Made by a program: the position numbers and the translations under genes. The notes beneath the pieces are model-generated. The model worked only from the letters and a program-made list of their open reading frames with translations, did not search any database and was not told the origin of the DNA. A stretch of 44,789 nucleotides of DNA, counting the filler, from Mobula birostris (taxonomy: Eukaryota), in the NCBI RefSeq assembly GCF_030028105.1. It is 2 parts of 2 records of this genome, joined end to end, with 100 filler letters (N's around TTAATTAATTAA, not from the genome) between each part and the next. Parts side by side here need not be neighbours in the genome. Positions count along the whole stretch, not along the records: positions 30,419 to 44,789 come from NC_092379.1; 1 more part is not named here. One strand, written 5' to 3'. Shown one piece after another: positions 34,696 to 44,789 of the stretch (its first letter is position 1; each line of letters opens with the position of its first letter).

Positions 34696-35000
34696 CTCCC
34701 ACCCTCTCGCACAGTAATAGGTGGCCGTGTCGTCCAGTCTCAGGTTGTTCATTTGCAGATAGACGGTGCTGCTGTCCTTGGAAACAGTGAACCGGCTCTG
34801 GACTCCAGGCGCGTTGTACTTGTTACCACCACTCGATATGTCTGCCAGCCACTCCAGCCCTTTCCCGGAGACCTGTCTCACCCAGTCCATGCTATAGCTG
34901 CCGAGGCTGAACCCACTGACCGCACAGTCAGTCTGTGAGAATGTCCGGGCTTTACCACAAGCTGACTCGGGCTGTGTCAGCACGACGGCGGACCGCACGC
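34696..35000 (-). CDS. Ig heavy-chain V exon (IgW/IgM-type) with 9-nt D-like extension; functional status uncertain
   Basis: Acceptor ttattgacAG. AVVLTQPES...C22...[13 protein letters not shown]...[27 protein letters not shown]; no stop codons; FR1 residues 10-21 out of frame. Confidence 0.92.
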
Positions 35001-35109
35001 CTGTCAATAAAAAAGAGCAGAAATTAATAAAATGTTCCACGGTCAGGGGTTCACAAAGCCTCTGAGAAACAGCCGGTCCCGGTTGAGCGACAAGCGGCGG
35101 GACACCCAC

Positions 35110-35155
35110 CTGCCAGACAAGACAAGGGAAGACAGAAATAAGGCACGACCCCCAT
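35110..35155 (-). CDS. Ig VH leader exon: [15 protein letters not shown](G)
   Basis: 46 bp, phase-1 donor G|GTGGGT, 109-bp intron (35001-35109), leader completed by GVRS. Canonical split-leader layout. Confidence 0.85.
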
Positions 35156-35242
35156 CGCCCTGAACACTGAGCCGGACTTGGACACTTTGAGATCGGCGGC
35201 TTCAGCTCAGGCCGGCTTTGTCCGGAGTCGCAGTGAGCGCTG

Positions 35243-35250
35243 TTTAGATA
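35243..35250 (-). promoter_or_regulatory. TATA-like box (TATCTAAA) of the VH promoter
   Basis: About 90 bp upstream of the leader ATG. No ATGCAAAT octamer seen nearby. Confidence 0.35.
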
Positions 35251-35994
35251 GGGACGTGGGCTGTGAGTGAGAGAGGGAGCCGCGGTTTGAACAGGCTCTC
35301 ACACACTGAAACCAGAGGCGCAGCTTCCTGTCCCCACCCACAGCAGCGATTTCAATTCCCCAAAAGATGTTTGTCTCTGCAACAGGCGGCAGGTCAGCGG
35401 CAGTGACCAGATCCGGATTAAAGATCGGTCACTCTCTGTTCGATTCATCAATTTCAGCGATGAACAGTTTGTTTAAACTGAAACACACAGAATCCCAGCG
35501 AGAGAGAATGAGAGACACCAGTCAGTGGACAGATATCCCCCGGGAGACAGGGACTGAGAGACCAGTCAATGGACAGATATTCTCCTTAGAGACATAGGCT
35601 GAGACTGTCTTTGCAGGAAAATGTATGAAGCAACAAAAAGAGTTACCACACAATCTTCTCACTGCTCCCACACCACAAGAATCAATGCTAAACAGCGATT
35701 CCTGGTGGAAATGGGTGGAATTTACACTTATAAGGTATTTTCTCTTTCAGGGACTTGGCACCATGAATTTCAGTGCCAAGCCCTCAGCAGTTCTCCCCAC
35801 AAAATCTTTTTAACCTGTTTCAGTGTGATACTGGTTGAGGGATCAATGTCGGAACAGATAGTGGAGAACTTTCCAAACCTTTTATGTCCACCTGACACAA
35901 CAACCCCACCATGGCACCAGTCAAAATAGTGAAGCTTCTTTTTACCCCCAAGAGGACCACAATCTTGTCAAAGAGTATCGTGGCTTGTGTGCCT

Positions 35995-37975
35995 CAGTGA
36001 ACCAGAGATCTATGTTGGCTTACATCGGGGTCTTGTGCTTTAACTCTAGGTAGGGTCACCCATGCCAAACATGTTAAAGGATAGAGACTGAACAAAGAAC
36101 GGTTCACCGTTCCTCCAGGTTTGGAGTTTCAGGTCAGGGTTAGTGAACCTGACTTATTATAAAGAAAATTGTAATTGTTACGAGATGCTCCCAACTGTGC
36201 CAGCTTCCAGGATTTAGACTCTCCAACTCTCTGGAGCACAGATAGCCGGTAGCAGCCCCTTTAAGGTTCAGGATGATCCCGCTAATTGATAATCATGTTT
36301 TGGGCACCAAGAATTGAGTATGAAAGAACACCTGAACTGATGTTCAGTGCTCAATGGTAAACCCTACTAGTGATATTGTCTAGCATTCGTTTTGTGCTCA
36401 GACCTGGATCCAGTTTGATACCGTGTCTCGATCTTTGTTTCGGATACTCCAGCATTTGGGTCCAAAGCATCTTCATCAAAGACTCTTGTCGCAATTACGG
36501 AAACAGCAATGAAGAATCCTTCTACATCTGAGTGTGATAGTGTTCCCTAGTCACCACCCGGGACTTGCATGGCTGACAGGAGTGAAAACAGAGAGGAAAC
36601 TATGGGTATGGTGAAGGGAGCCATGAACTTTGCCAAGACCAAGACCAAAAATGTTTTTTGGAATTGTCAAACCATGTACAACACTGTCAAGCTAGCACAA
36701 ATAACTACGGTAATGTGTCATTACAGCCAACGTACACTGGCATCAGTGAAAGCAGATGGTCAGGGTCTGGCAGACTAAAGGCAGCAGCTGGTGCAGCAGT
36801 TTTATATTCAGGAAGGGAAGATGGTCAACGTCATGATGGATTAGCTGTCATTTTGAAGAAAGGCATTGAGAAGTGCCCAGTGGAATGAAAACCAATCAAC
36901 AGTCGGCTGGTGAGAGTCAGGCTGAGAGTGAAGCAAGTGAACATGACTGTGATCCAGTGTTATGCTCCAAATAACAATAGTGACATTGAAGAATAGGATA
37001 TCTTCTACAAATGGTGGAGTTAGAGTTAACACCACGCCGTGACATAATCATCATCATTGGAGATCTAAATGGCAAAGTGGGAAATAACAACTCACACTTC
37101 ATTAGGGCCATGGATACGCAAGGATATAGGATGATCAATAACAATGGTGTTAAGTCTGGTGGAATTCTGTGCCATGAACAATCTGGTCACAGGAGAGACC
37201 CTCTTTCCACACCATGAAATAAACAAACTGACATGGAGCTTACCCAATGGATGTGACAAGATCCAGATTGACCATTTGATGATAAATGGTATGTGGAGAC
37301 GATCCTTGCAGGGTGTAAAGGTGAAGAGAGGAGCAGATACAGGAAGTAATCATCACCTTGCTGTAGCAGTGATGAAACTCATGCTGAGAAGCACTGGGAC
37401 CACAGCACATGTACAAAGATGTTTTGATGTTGAGAAACTTAAGAACATCAGTGTGAGATCTGCCGTCACCATTCAGCTTAAGGAGGGCTTTCAGACATTG
37501 GCGGGGATGTGTCAGTGGACAAGATCAACACGATGTAGAAACAGATTGCATCAGTGTTCAACAAGAGCAGCGAGGCTTGTCTACATTACAGCGCTGGAAA
37601 AAATAACAAAGCATGGATACAGCAGGAAACATGGACAGACTTAGAAGAAAGATGGAAAATTAGGAAGAAAATGTTCAATGCAAAGTCAACACGAATTAAG
37701 GTGAAACTTTAATTGGCATTCACTGAAGCTAGCAAGAAAGTGAAGAGCTTCTAAGAGTGGATAAGAGAGTCTACATAGAAGACCTTGCACTGGCGGCCAC
37801 AAGAGCGCCAGTCGATGTGATCAGGAAAATATATACAAGATTTCAAAACTGGTATGTGGAATGTTCCAAGCCAGATCCAGTAGCCCCATGAGAGGCAAGA
37901 AGGGTCTGCTTTTGACAAGAGAATGGAGCACGATGGACAGGGTATTTCAGAAATTTACTGAGTAGACGCAGAGGA
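35995..37975 (+). mobile_element. RTE-clade LINE 5' half (5' region plus AP endonuclease), degenerate, with nested solo LTR
   Basis: FWNCQTMY..KLAQ, GISESRWSGSG, LYSGRED, TVIQCYAP, IIIGDLNGKVG and IQIDHLMING motifs with frameshifts. Confidence 0.8.
36176..36491 (+). mobile_element. Solo LTR of the same Sushi-type family as 23546-23862, 316 bp
   Basis: Colinear end to end with the 23.5-kb LTR (roughly three-quarters identical by eye). Imperfect flanks TAAT / CAAT. Confidence 0.85.
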
Positions 37976-38597
37976 CCTCTGGAAGGCCCCCTGTTCAGAT
38001 TAAGTCAAGCCACATCTCCGACAGGAAGCTGAGAAGGAAATATCCCAATATCACTGTCCAGTTTCACCCACCTGTCAAGAATGAGAATATGAAATGTGTT
38101 TCTAGTAAATCAACAGCTGCACACAGAGATCCTGTTCAAATTTATCCCGTGCACTGAGTGTCAGAAGGAGGTTGTTCAGCCCTTCCGTCTATTCCCTCCA
38201 AAGCTGACCTATGTCCGATCTCCATTTACCCTCCTTGGCTCATATTTTAATAATTGAACTCAAACAAAATTCTATTAATTTTGAAATTTCAACTGACACC
38301 TCCTCCCACCGCCCCTCACCCCAGTCTTGACCAGTTCCCAGGAAGAGATCCAGATTTCCAGTGCCCTGTATATCCTGAAGTAACAGATTCTTTGTGTTAT
38401 TCTTCTGCACCATTCTTGAAAGTTTTTAAACTCCCCAATTACACTGGCCTTCAATTTTCCACACTTCGGGGAACAAGAGACCAGACCTAATATTCTATCC
38501 TAGTCCCACTAGCACTTCACTGGCCCTGGTCCACACAACCCCTTCTCCAAGGGGTGATGCCAAGAATCACAGCCAGTGCTTCAGATGTGGTCTAATT

Positions 38598-39826
38598 AGA
38601 ACATAGAATACAGCACATTACAGGCCCTTCAGCCCACAATGTTGTGCCAACCCTTAAACCCTGCCTCCTATATAGCCCCCCACCTTAAATTCCACCACGC
38701 ACCTGTCTAGTAGTCTCTTAAACTTCACGAATGTGCCTGCTTCCACCACTGACTCAGGCAGTGCATTCCATGCACCAACCACTCTCTGAGTAAAAAGCCT
38801 TCCCCCTTGAACTTCTCACCCCTTACCTTAAAGCCATGTCCTCTTGTATTGAGCAGTGGTGCCCTGGGGAAGAGGCGCTGGCTATCCACTCTATCTATTC
38901 CTCTTATTATCTTGTACACCTCTATCATGTCTCCTCTCATCCTCCTTCTCTCCGAAGAGTAAAGCCCTAGCTCCCTTAATCTCTGATCATATTGCATACT
39001 CTGTAAACCAGGCAGAATCCTGGTAAATCTCCTCTGTACCCTTTCCAATGCTCCCACATCCTTCCTATAGTGAGGTGACCAGAACTCCAATTGTGGCCTA
39101 ACCAGAGTTTTATAGAGCTGCATCATTACATCGCGACTCTTAAACTCTATCCCTCGACTTATGAAAGCTAACATCCTATAAGCTTTCTTAACAACCCTAT
39201 CTACCTGTGAGGCGACTTTCAGGGATCTGTGGACATGTACCCCCAGATCCCTCTGCTCCTCCACACTACCAAGTATCCTGCCATTTACTTTGTACTCTGC
39301 CTTGGAGTTCGTCCTTCCAAAGTATACCACCTCACACTTCCCCGGGTTGAACTCCATCTGCCACTTCTCAGCCCACTTCTGCATCCTATCAATGTCTGTC
39401 TGCAATCTTTGACAACCCTCTACACTATCTACAACACCACCAACCTTTCTGTCATTTGCAAACTTGCCAACCCACCCCTCCACCCCCACATCCAGGTCGT
39501 TAATAAAAACCACGAAAAGTAGAGGTCCCAGAGCAGATCCTTGTCGGACACCACTAGTCACAATCCTCCAATCTGAATGTACTCCCTCCACCACAACCCT
39601 CTGCCTTCTGCAGGCAAGCCAATTCTGAATCCACCTGGCCAAACTTCCCTGGATCCCATGCCTTCTGACTTCCTGTACAAGCCTACCATGTGGAACCTTA
39701 TCAAATGCCTTCCTAAAATCCATATAGATCACATCCCCTGCATTACCCTCATGTATATGCCTGGTCACCTCCCCAAAGAACTCCATCAGGACTGTTGGAC
39801 ATGATCTGCCCTTCACAAAGCCATGA
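38598..39826 (-). mobile_element. CR1-type LINE RT and 3' end, catalytically dead
   Basis: 363-aa ORF with YMDFRKAFDKVPHGRL and SGVRQGSALGPLLF; the KFADD motif is mutated to KFAND. Confidence 0.92.
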
Positions 39827-40759
39827 AATCTCTACTCCACAGTAGTGTAATTTCCACCCCTCTGTATCCCTGTTTTCCCCATTAACTGCAGCACATTAAG
39901 ACCTTTAGCTTAAATTCATCCTTAGGATTAATTAGAACCCAAACCTGCCAGTGGTCTCTCATCTTTCACATTCCCTCTCTGTCCGCTGGGATTGGTCATT
40001 CCCTTATGGAATCTGAGTCAGTCAGCTGACACAGCAGAAACAAGACCTGTCCAAACAACAACCTCTGTGACTGTGGGCAGTTTACCTCCTTATGTTTCTC
40101 ACCACCCCTGAGTATTTTCATACGTACCTGCCTCGACCTAAAGAGAGTGGGAGAAGGACATGGTGAAGGAAAGGAAACTCAATAGATTTTGTTTCTCTCC
40201 CGTGACTCTGGTAATACACAGAGTTAAATGAAACGTACAGCACAGCAGCAGATTCAGACCAATTATTTCATGCCATTGTTTATTTTCTGCAGGAACCTCC
40301 AGTCACTCCATCTTTGTGCATCTGGGTTAACTTCCTCTTCTGTTCCCTTTCACAACATTCACTTCTGTGGGAGAGATCTATATTCTCCCATCCTCTGGAT
40401 GAATAATCCAAGTTGGATGATTAGTGATTATTTACAATAGTTTTAATCCCCCTGAAGACTTTCTCCTCCAACCTATCAGGTATTTTTCTCATCTGTGAGG
40501 TGGAAATATGCTTTACCCTTCAACCTTCTCATGACCCGCCTTTCCAGGGTGTATATGAGCATCTAAACCTCTCACATATTACTAATGAGTCCAACAATGT
40601 CCCCCTTTTTTCACAGGAAAGAGCCCAAAAGTCAAATCCAGTACATTCCAGCATCAAGGAGGCAGTGTCCCTGCTGGGAGAATTCCATGGGACTGGGTAA
40701 GAGGAGAGTACAGATTGCTTTTTGTCCAAGTTGAAGCACAGGTTTTCATGCCTGCATTA

Positions 40760-41300
40760 ATCTGGGTGAAAATTCATGAACCCTCAGTTCTGGTTGCTCC
40801 ATTGTAAGGATGTGGTGGATTTGGAGAGGATGTAAAAGATGTTCACAAGCATGTTGTCTGGATTAGAGAATATTAGCTGTAAGGAGAGGTTGAACAATCT
40901 TTGACTGTTTATTCTGGAGCGTAGGCTGAGAGGCAACCTGATAGAGGCTTATAAAAGTATGAGAGTTATTGACAGGGTCGACAGTCAGAGTCATTTTTCC
41001 AGGTTAAAATGTCATTTCCAAAAGGACAGAGATTTAAGGTGAGGGGTATAACATTCAAAGGAGATTTGTGGGTTGTATTTTTACACACAGAGTGATAGGT
41101 GCCTGGAATGCACTGGCAGGAGTGGGGTGAATCAGCATGATAGGACAGTTGAGATACATTTGAAAAAGCACATGACCATTCAGGATATGGAGGGATATGG
41201 ATTCTATGCAGATAGTTCGGTTTAGATTAATTTGGCGTTGTGGTTGTCACAGTCATCATGGGCTGAAGGGCCTGTTCCTGTGCTCTGCTGTTCTGTGTTG
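40760..41300 (+). mobile_element. CR1-type LINE 3' fragment
   Basis: Homologous to the other CR1 3' ends in the window. Confidence 0.7.
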
Positions 41301-43208
41301 TAGGTTTACTTGAAGCTCAGTAACATTTGTGATTAATAGCTGACAGATGTCTGAAACCCTGTGATAACATTAACACTCAGTCCTTACACTTCCTCTCAGG
41401 TTTCACAGGCAGGTTTAATTTGAGCAGGGGGCCCTCCCAGTGGAGCTGTGTTACTAAAAAGAATAAACACACTGCTTTACATATGGAAATACAATTCTAA
41501 CGTTGTGCTTTGCACCAGCCTACGTTTATCACACAGAATGAGACAAAATGAATCGAAACCGAAGGGCAAAATATGCAGAGACAGCAAGACCCTCTCTTCA
41601 TTACAGAGCATTTGTCTCGTGTCAGAAACAGGCTCACTGTAATGATGATTGACTGTTACTGATTGATTTATTGATTATGTTATGGGAATGAGCAGTTCAA
41701 ATGTAGGTATACCTGCACTTTATGTTCTGAAGCAGTTGGGAAACTCCCACCAACAACTGAAAGTGTGTTTGCTCAGACTGAGCACAGAAGCTCATCCTGA
41801 TGACTGTAGTTCAGGTGATCAGATGATTGTGAATTGGCAGCAATAAAGTGGAAAATAAGGAGAAACTAAAAGATGCCACGGACTGCCTTGTCAATGTTCC
41901 ATCGATGGGCAGAATCTCGGTGTGACATGCTGGAGCTCACGTTTGTTGATGAGAATGAAGGCTGCCCGGTGAATCAACTTTAGACTGAAACAGCAACACA
42001 GACAACAATCTCCGTGGGAGCTGGGGGGGTGGGGGCGATGTTATCAGTGGCCTGGAAACTCTCAGGCCCTGAAGATCAGGGATAATCAACTTGCGTATTC
42101 AGAGAGAATCGATAATCTGTCATTGCAACATTGTCAGATAATGAGGTCTGCAATTATAGGTATCTATTAAACCTTTCTTTCTGTCATCTGGACAATAAAA
42201 TGTGTAGTTTTATTCCTATAAGAGCCTTGGGCCAGTAGATTGCTATTTGATTTTTGTGATTACCTTGAATAAAATAACATCACCTGAATTGGATTTGTGT
42301 CTCTTTAAACTCTGATTGATAGATCTCACAATACCTGCAAATAACTGTCCTGAGGAGGGTAGTGTGATGGTACTACCTTATTATTTGGGGAATTTTGACC
42401 TTTCAGGTGTTGGATTGGACTGTATAATTGTTATTTGGCTTGTAGTTTAACTTTCTTATGTTTGTTTGTTTTTAAATAATTACCTACATAGATGTAACAG
42501 TGGGTTGCCATTCCATGCATCTCCTGGAAACTCCCAATTTCAGTGGCAGGTATCACATTGCTTGAATAGGGACTATCTCACTGATTAATTTAAGCAGTGG
42601 GATTTGAATGGAATGTCCGCTACCAGTTTTCAACAGTTATAAGCAATGGGTTTTAATGCCCCTTCTTGACCTCTGAAGAACTCTTCATCAGGACATCAGG
42701 ACCCAACACAAGTTTAAGTTTTGATCAACAAATCCATCAGACAGGCTGGGGAATCCAGCATTTGGGGTGGCATGGTAGTGGTGAAGTATGTAAAAGGTTA
42801 ACACCGTCAGTTAAGCATAGCAGGCTGTTTTCTCTGAAAGAACCGTTGATGATCGACAGATGTGCCATTCAATGCTGATCAATATTTCTTCTCGAAGTTA
42901 GCCAGCTGGTGTTTCAGGGTCCTTGTCCTTGTGCAATTATGTGCAGAGATAAGACCAGCCTGTTCTGTGTATGAGACCTTATGCCTATTCTGTAATTTGT
43001 CTTTCGGGAATGTCATGTAGTAGATAAGTTTGGCTCCAGCCTGTCTTGTGTGGGGGTATCTGAATGAATATACTCATGTTGTAAGGGGAATTGTGAGTTA
43101 GTTGGTGGACTGTTCCTGTTTGGGCGACTAACTGAGTAAGCCCTGGGTGCTTTGAATAAAGAATTTGTACTTATACTGTCTCTGAGTGACTTTATGCAGA
43201 TTCCACTT

Positions 43209-43500
43209 CCACAGTAGTGTAGTGGTTAGCAGAATGCTTTCCAGTGCAGGTGACCTGGGGTTCAATTCCTGTCACTGCCTGTAAGGAATTTGTAATTTCT
43301 CCCCGAGAATGTGTGGGTTTCCACCGGGTACTCCAGTTTCCTCTCACAGTCCAAAGACAAACCGGTTGGTACTTTAATTAGTCATTGTAAATTGTCCTGT
43401 GATTAGACTAGGATTAAATCAGGATTCCTGGGCAGTGTGGCTCGAAGGGCCAGAAGGGCCTATTCCATGCTTTATGTCAGTAAATAAATGAATTAAATAA
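43209..43500 (+). mobile_element. V-SINE (HE1-like), near full length
   Basis: A-box TAGTGTAGTGG, B-box GGTTCAATTCC, V-domain, CR1-like tail and (AATA)n end. Confidence 0.85.
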
Positions 43501-43689
43501 TTTACATGGACTTTACTGACCTTTTGTCAGGAATTCATTCTGAAATGATTCGTGAGTTTCCTCTCACTCTCCTCCATATGGGAGTCCACTCTACTGTCAA
43601 TTACTCTATCTGAGGAGCTTCCTTAACGAAGTCCACAGATTCATTCTAATGAATTTAAACCTGCAGTACTGTCTTTCTCTTCCTCTTTA

Positions 43690-44130
43690 ATTTAAATCTA
43701 TCTTATGGATGTCATTTCCATTCCCTTCACTCCTCCATCTCTCTATGTCTGATGTCTCATTGAGCCAGGAAATTGTGGTGCAAACCATTTCAGCACATCA
43801 TCCCGTTGGACTGAGGCATTGCTTCCAGATTCCTCCTCTGACCAGACATTTCCTTACCTGCCATTCCCTCTCCTTCTATGATCTGACATCTGATTTATGC
43901 CCTGATGGGTCATCCCACACAGCAGTATCCAAAGAGGTGTACTTGTTGCTGAGGAGAATGGCTACAGCGGAACCTTGCAATGACTGCTGAATCCCCTTAC
44001 CTCTTCTGTTGGTCACCCATCTACTGTGTGAAGCCCATACTCTGGGTGTGACCACCTCTTCAATAGTCTCATCTATAATGTCTTCAGCCTCCTGGATGAT
44101 CCTGAGTACATCCAACTCCAGCTCCAGTGG
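43690..44130 (-). mobile_element. CR1 ORF1 N-terminal fragment
   Basis: LRIIQEAEDIIDETIEEVVTP...WVTNRRGKG resembles chondrichthyan CR1 ORF1. Confidence 0.65.
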
Positions 44131-44789
44131 AGTATTACACTGGGGTAAAGGAAATTACAGAGTCATGAGAGAGGAGTTAGCCAACGTTGAATGGAAGGGG
44201 ACACTAACAGAGATGATGGCAGAGGAGCAATGACAAGTATTCTGGAGGCAGGATGACATTCCATGGCTGACAAGGGAAGTCAAAGACAAAGTATAAACAA
44301 AAGAAAGGGCCTATAATAGAGCAACAACTAGTGGGGAGTTAGAGGATTGGGATGCTTTTCAAAACCAACAGAAGGCAACTAAAAAAGCTGTAGGGAGAGA
44401 AGAGATGAAATATGAAGGTCAGCTCGCCAATAATATCAAAGGGGATACCAAAAGGTTTTTCAGATATATGAAGTGCAAAAGTGAGGCGAGAGTAGATATC
44501 GGACTGCTGGAAAATAACACTGGAGAGGTAGTAATGGGGGAACAAGGAAATGGTGGATGAATTGAATAGATATTTTCCATCAGTCTTCACTGTGGAACAC
44601 GCTCACAGTTTGCCGGAGGTTTGAGAGTGTCATGGGGCATAAGGGAGAAGGTGCTTGGGAAGCTGAAAGGTCTGAAGGTAAATCAGCCACCTGGACTAGA
44701 TGGACTACACCCTAGATTTCTGAAAGAGGCAGCTGAAGAGATTGTGGAGATATTAAGAATAAGTTTTCGAGAATCACTAGATTCTGACA
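44131..44789 (+). mobile_element. CR1 ORF2 endonuclease-RT linker fragment, running off the window
   Basis: Frameshifted IPWLTREVK, LANNIKGDTKRFFRYMK and L.GL.V..SPG.DGLHPRFLKE motifs. Confidence 0.8.

Noticed and set aside
946-35155. GPCR-immunoglobulin gene linkage as a functional cluster
   Set aside because: The two genes are separated by an artificial linker, so adjacency is unsupported.
38725-39816. 363-aa RT ORF as an active LINE
   Set aside because: 5'-truncated, and the catalytic FADD is mutated to FAND.

Overview
Vertebrate nuclear DNA, most likely a cartilaginous fish and probably a ray. This is inferred from V-SINE/HE1-like SINEs, chondrichthyan-type CR1 LINEs and a cluster-type Ig VH segment. 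A synthetic 100-bp joint (44 N + TTAATTAATTAA + 44 N, 30319-30418) splits the window into two contigs, so linkage across it is unproven. Left side: the last five coding exons of a divergent class B1 GPCR (VIP/PACAP/GHRH/secretin receptor subfamily) within CR1, Rex1/Babar, Penelope-like, SINE and solo-LTR debris. It also holds a Sushi-type Gypsy 5' end with a visible self-priming PBS duplex. Right side: a CpG-rich Ig heavy-chain V gene on the minus strand. The V appears germline-joined to a D (9 extra nt, then a 12-bp-spacer RSS), has a compensated +1/-1 frameshift in FR1, has no recognisable J, and reads through into a 112-codon tail. A G-rich 43-bp minisatellite, an RTE LINE and CR1 copies lie nearby. 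Most interesting leads: the orphan pre-joined VD gene, and about 200-bp foldback insertions of Penelope terminal repeats whose junctions cluster at a hammerhead-ribozyme motif. All calls are by eye, no database search was run, and repeat boundaries are approximate unless a TSD is given.
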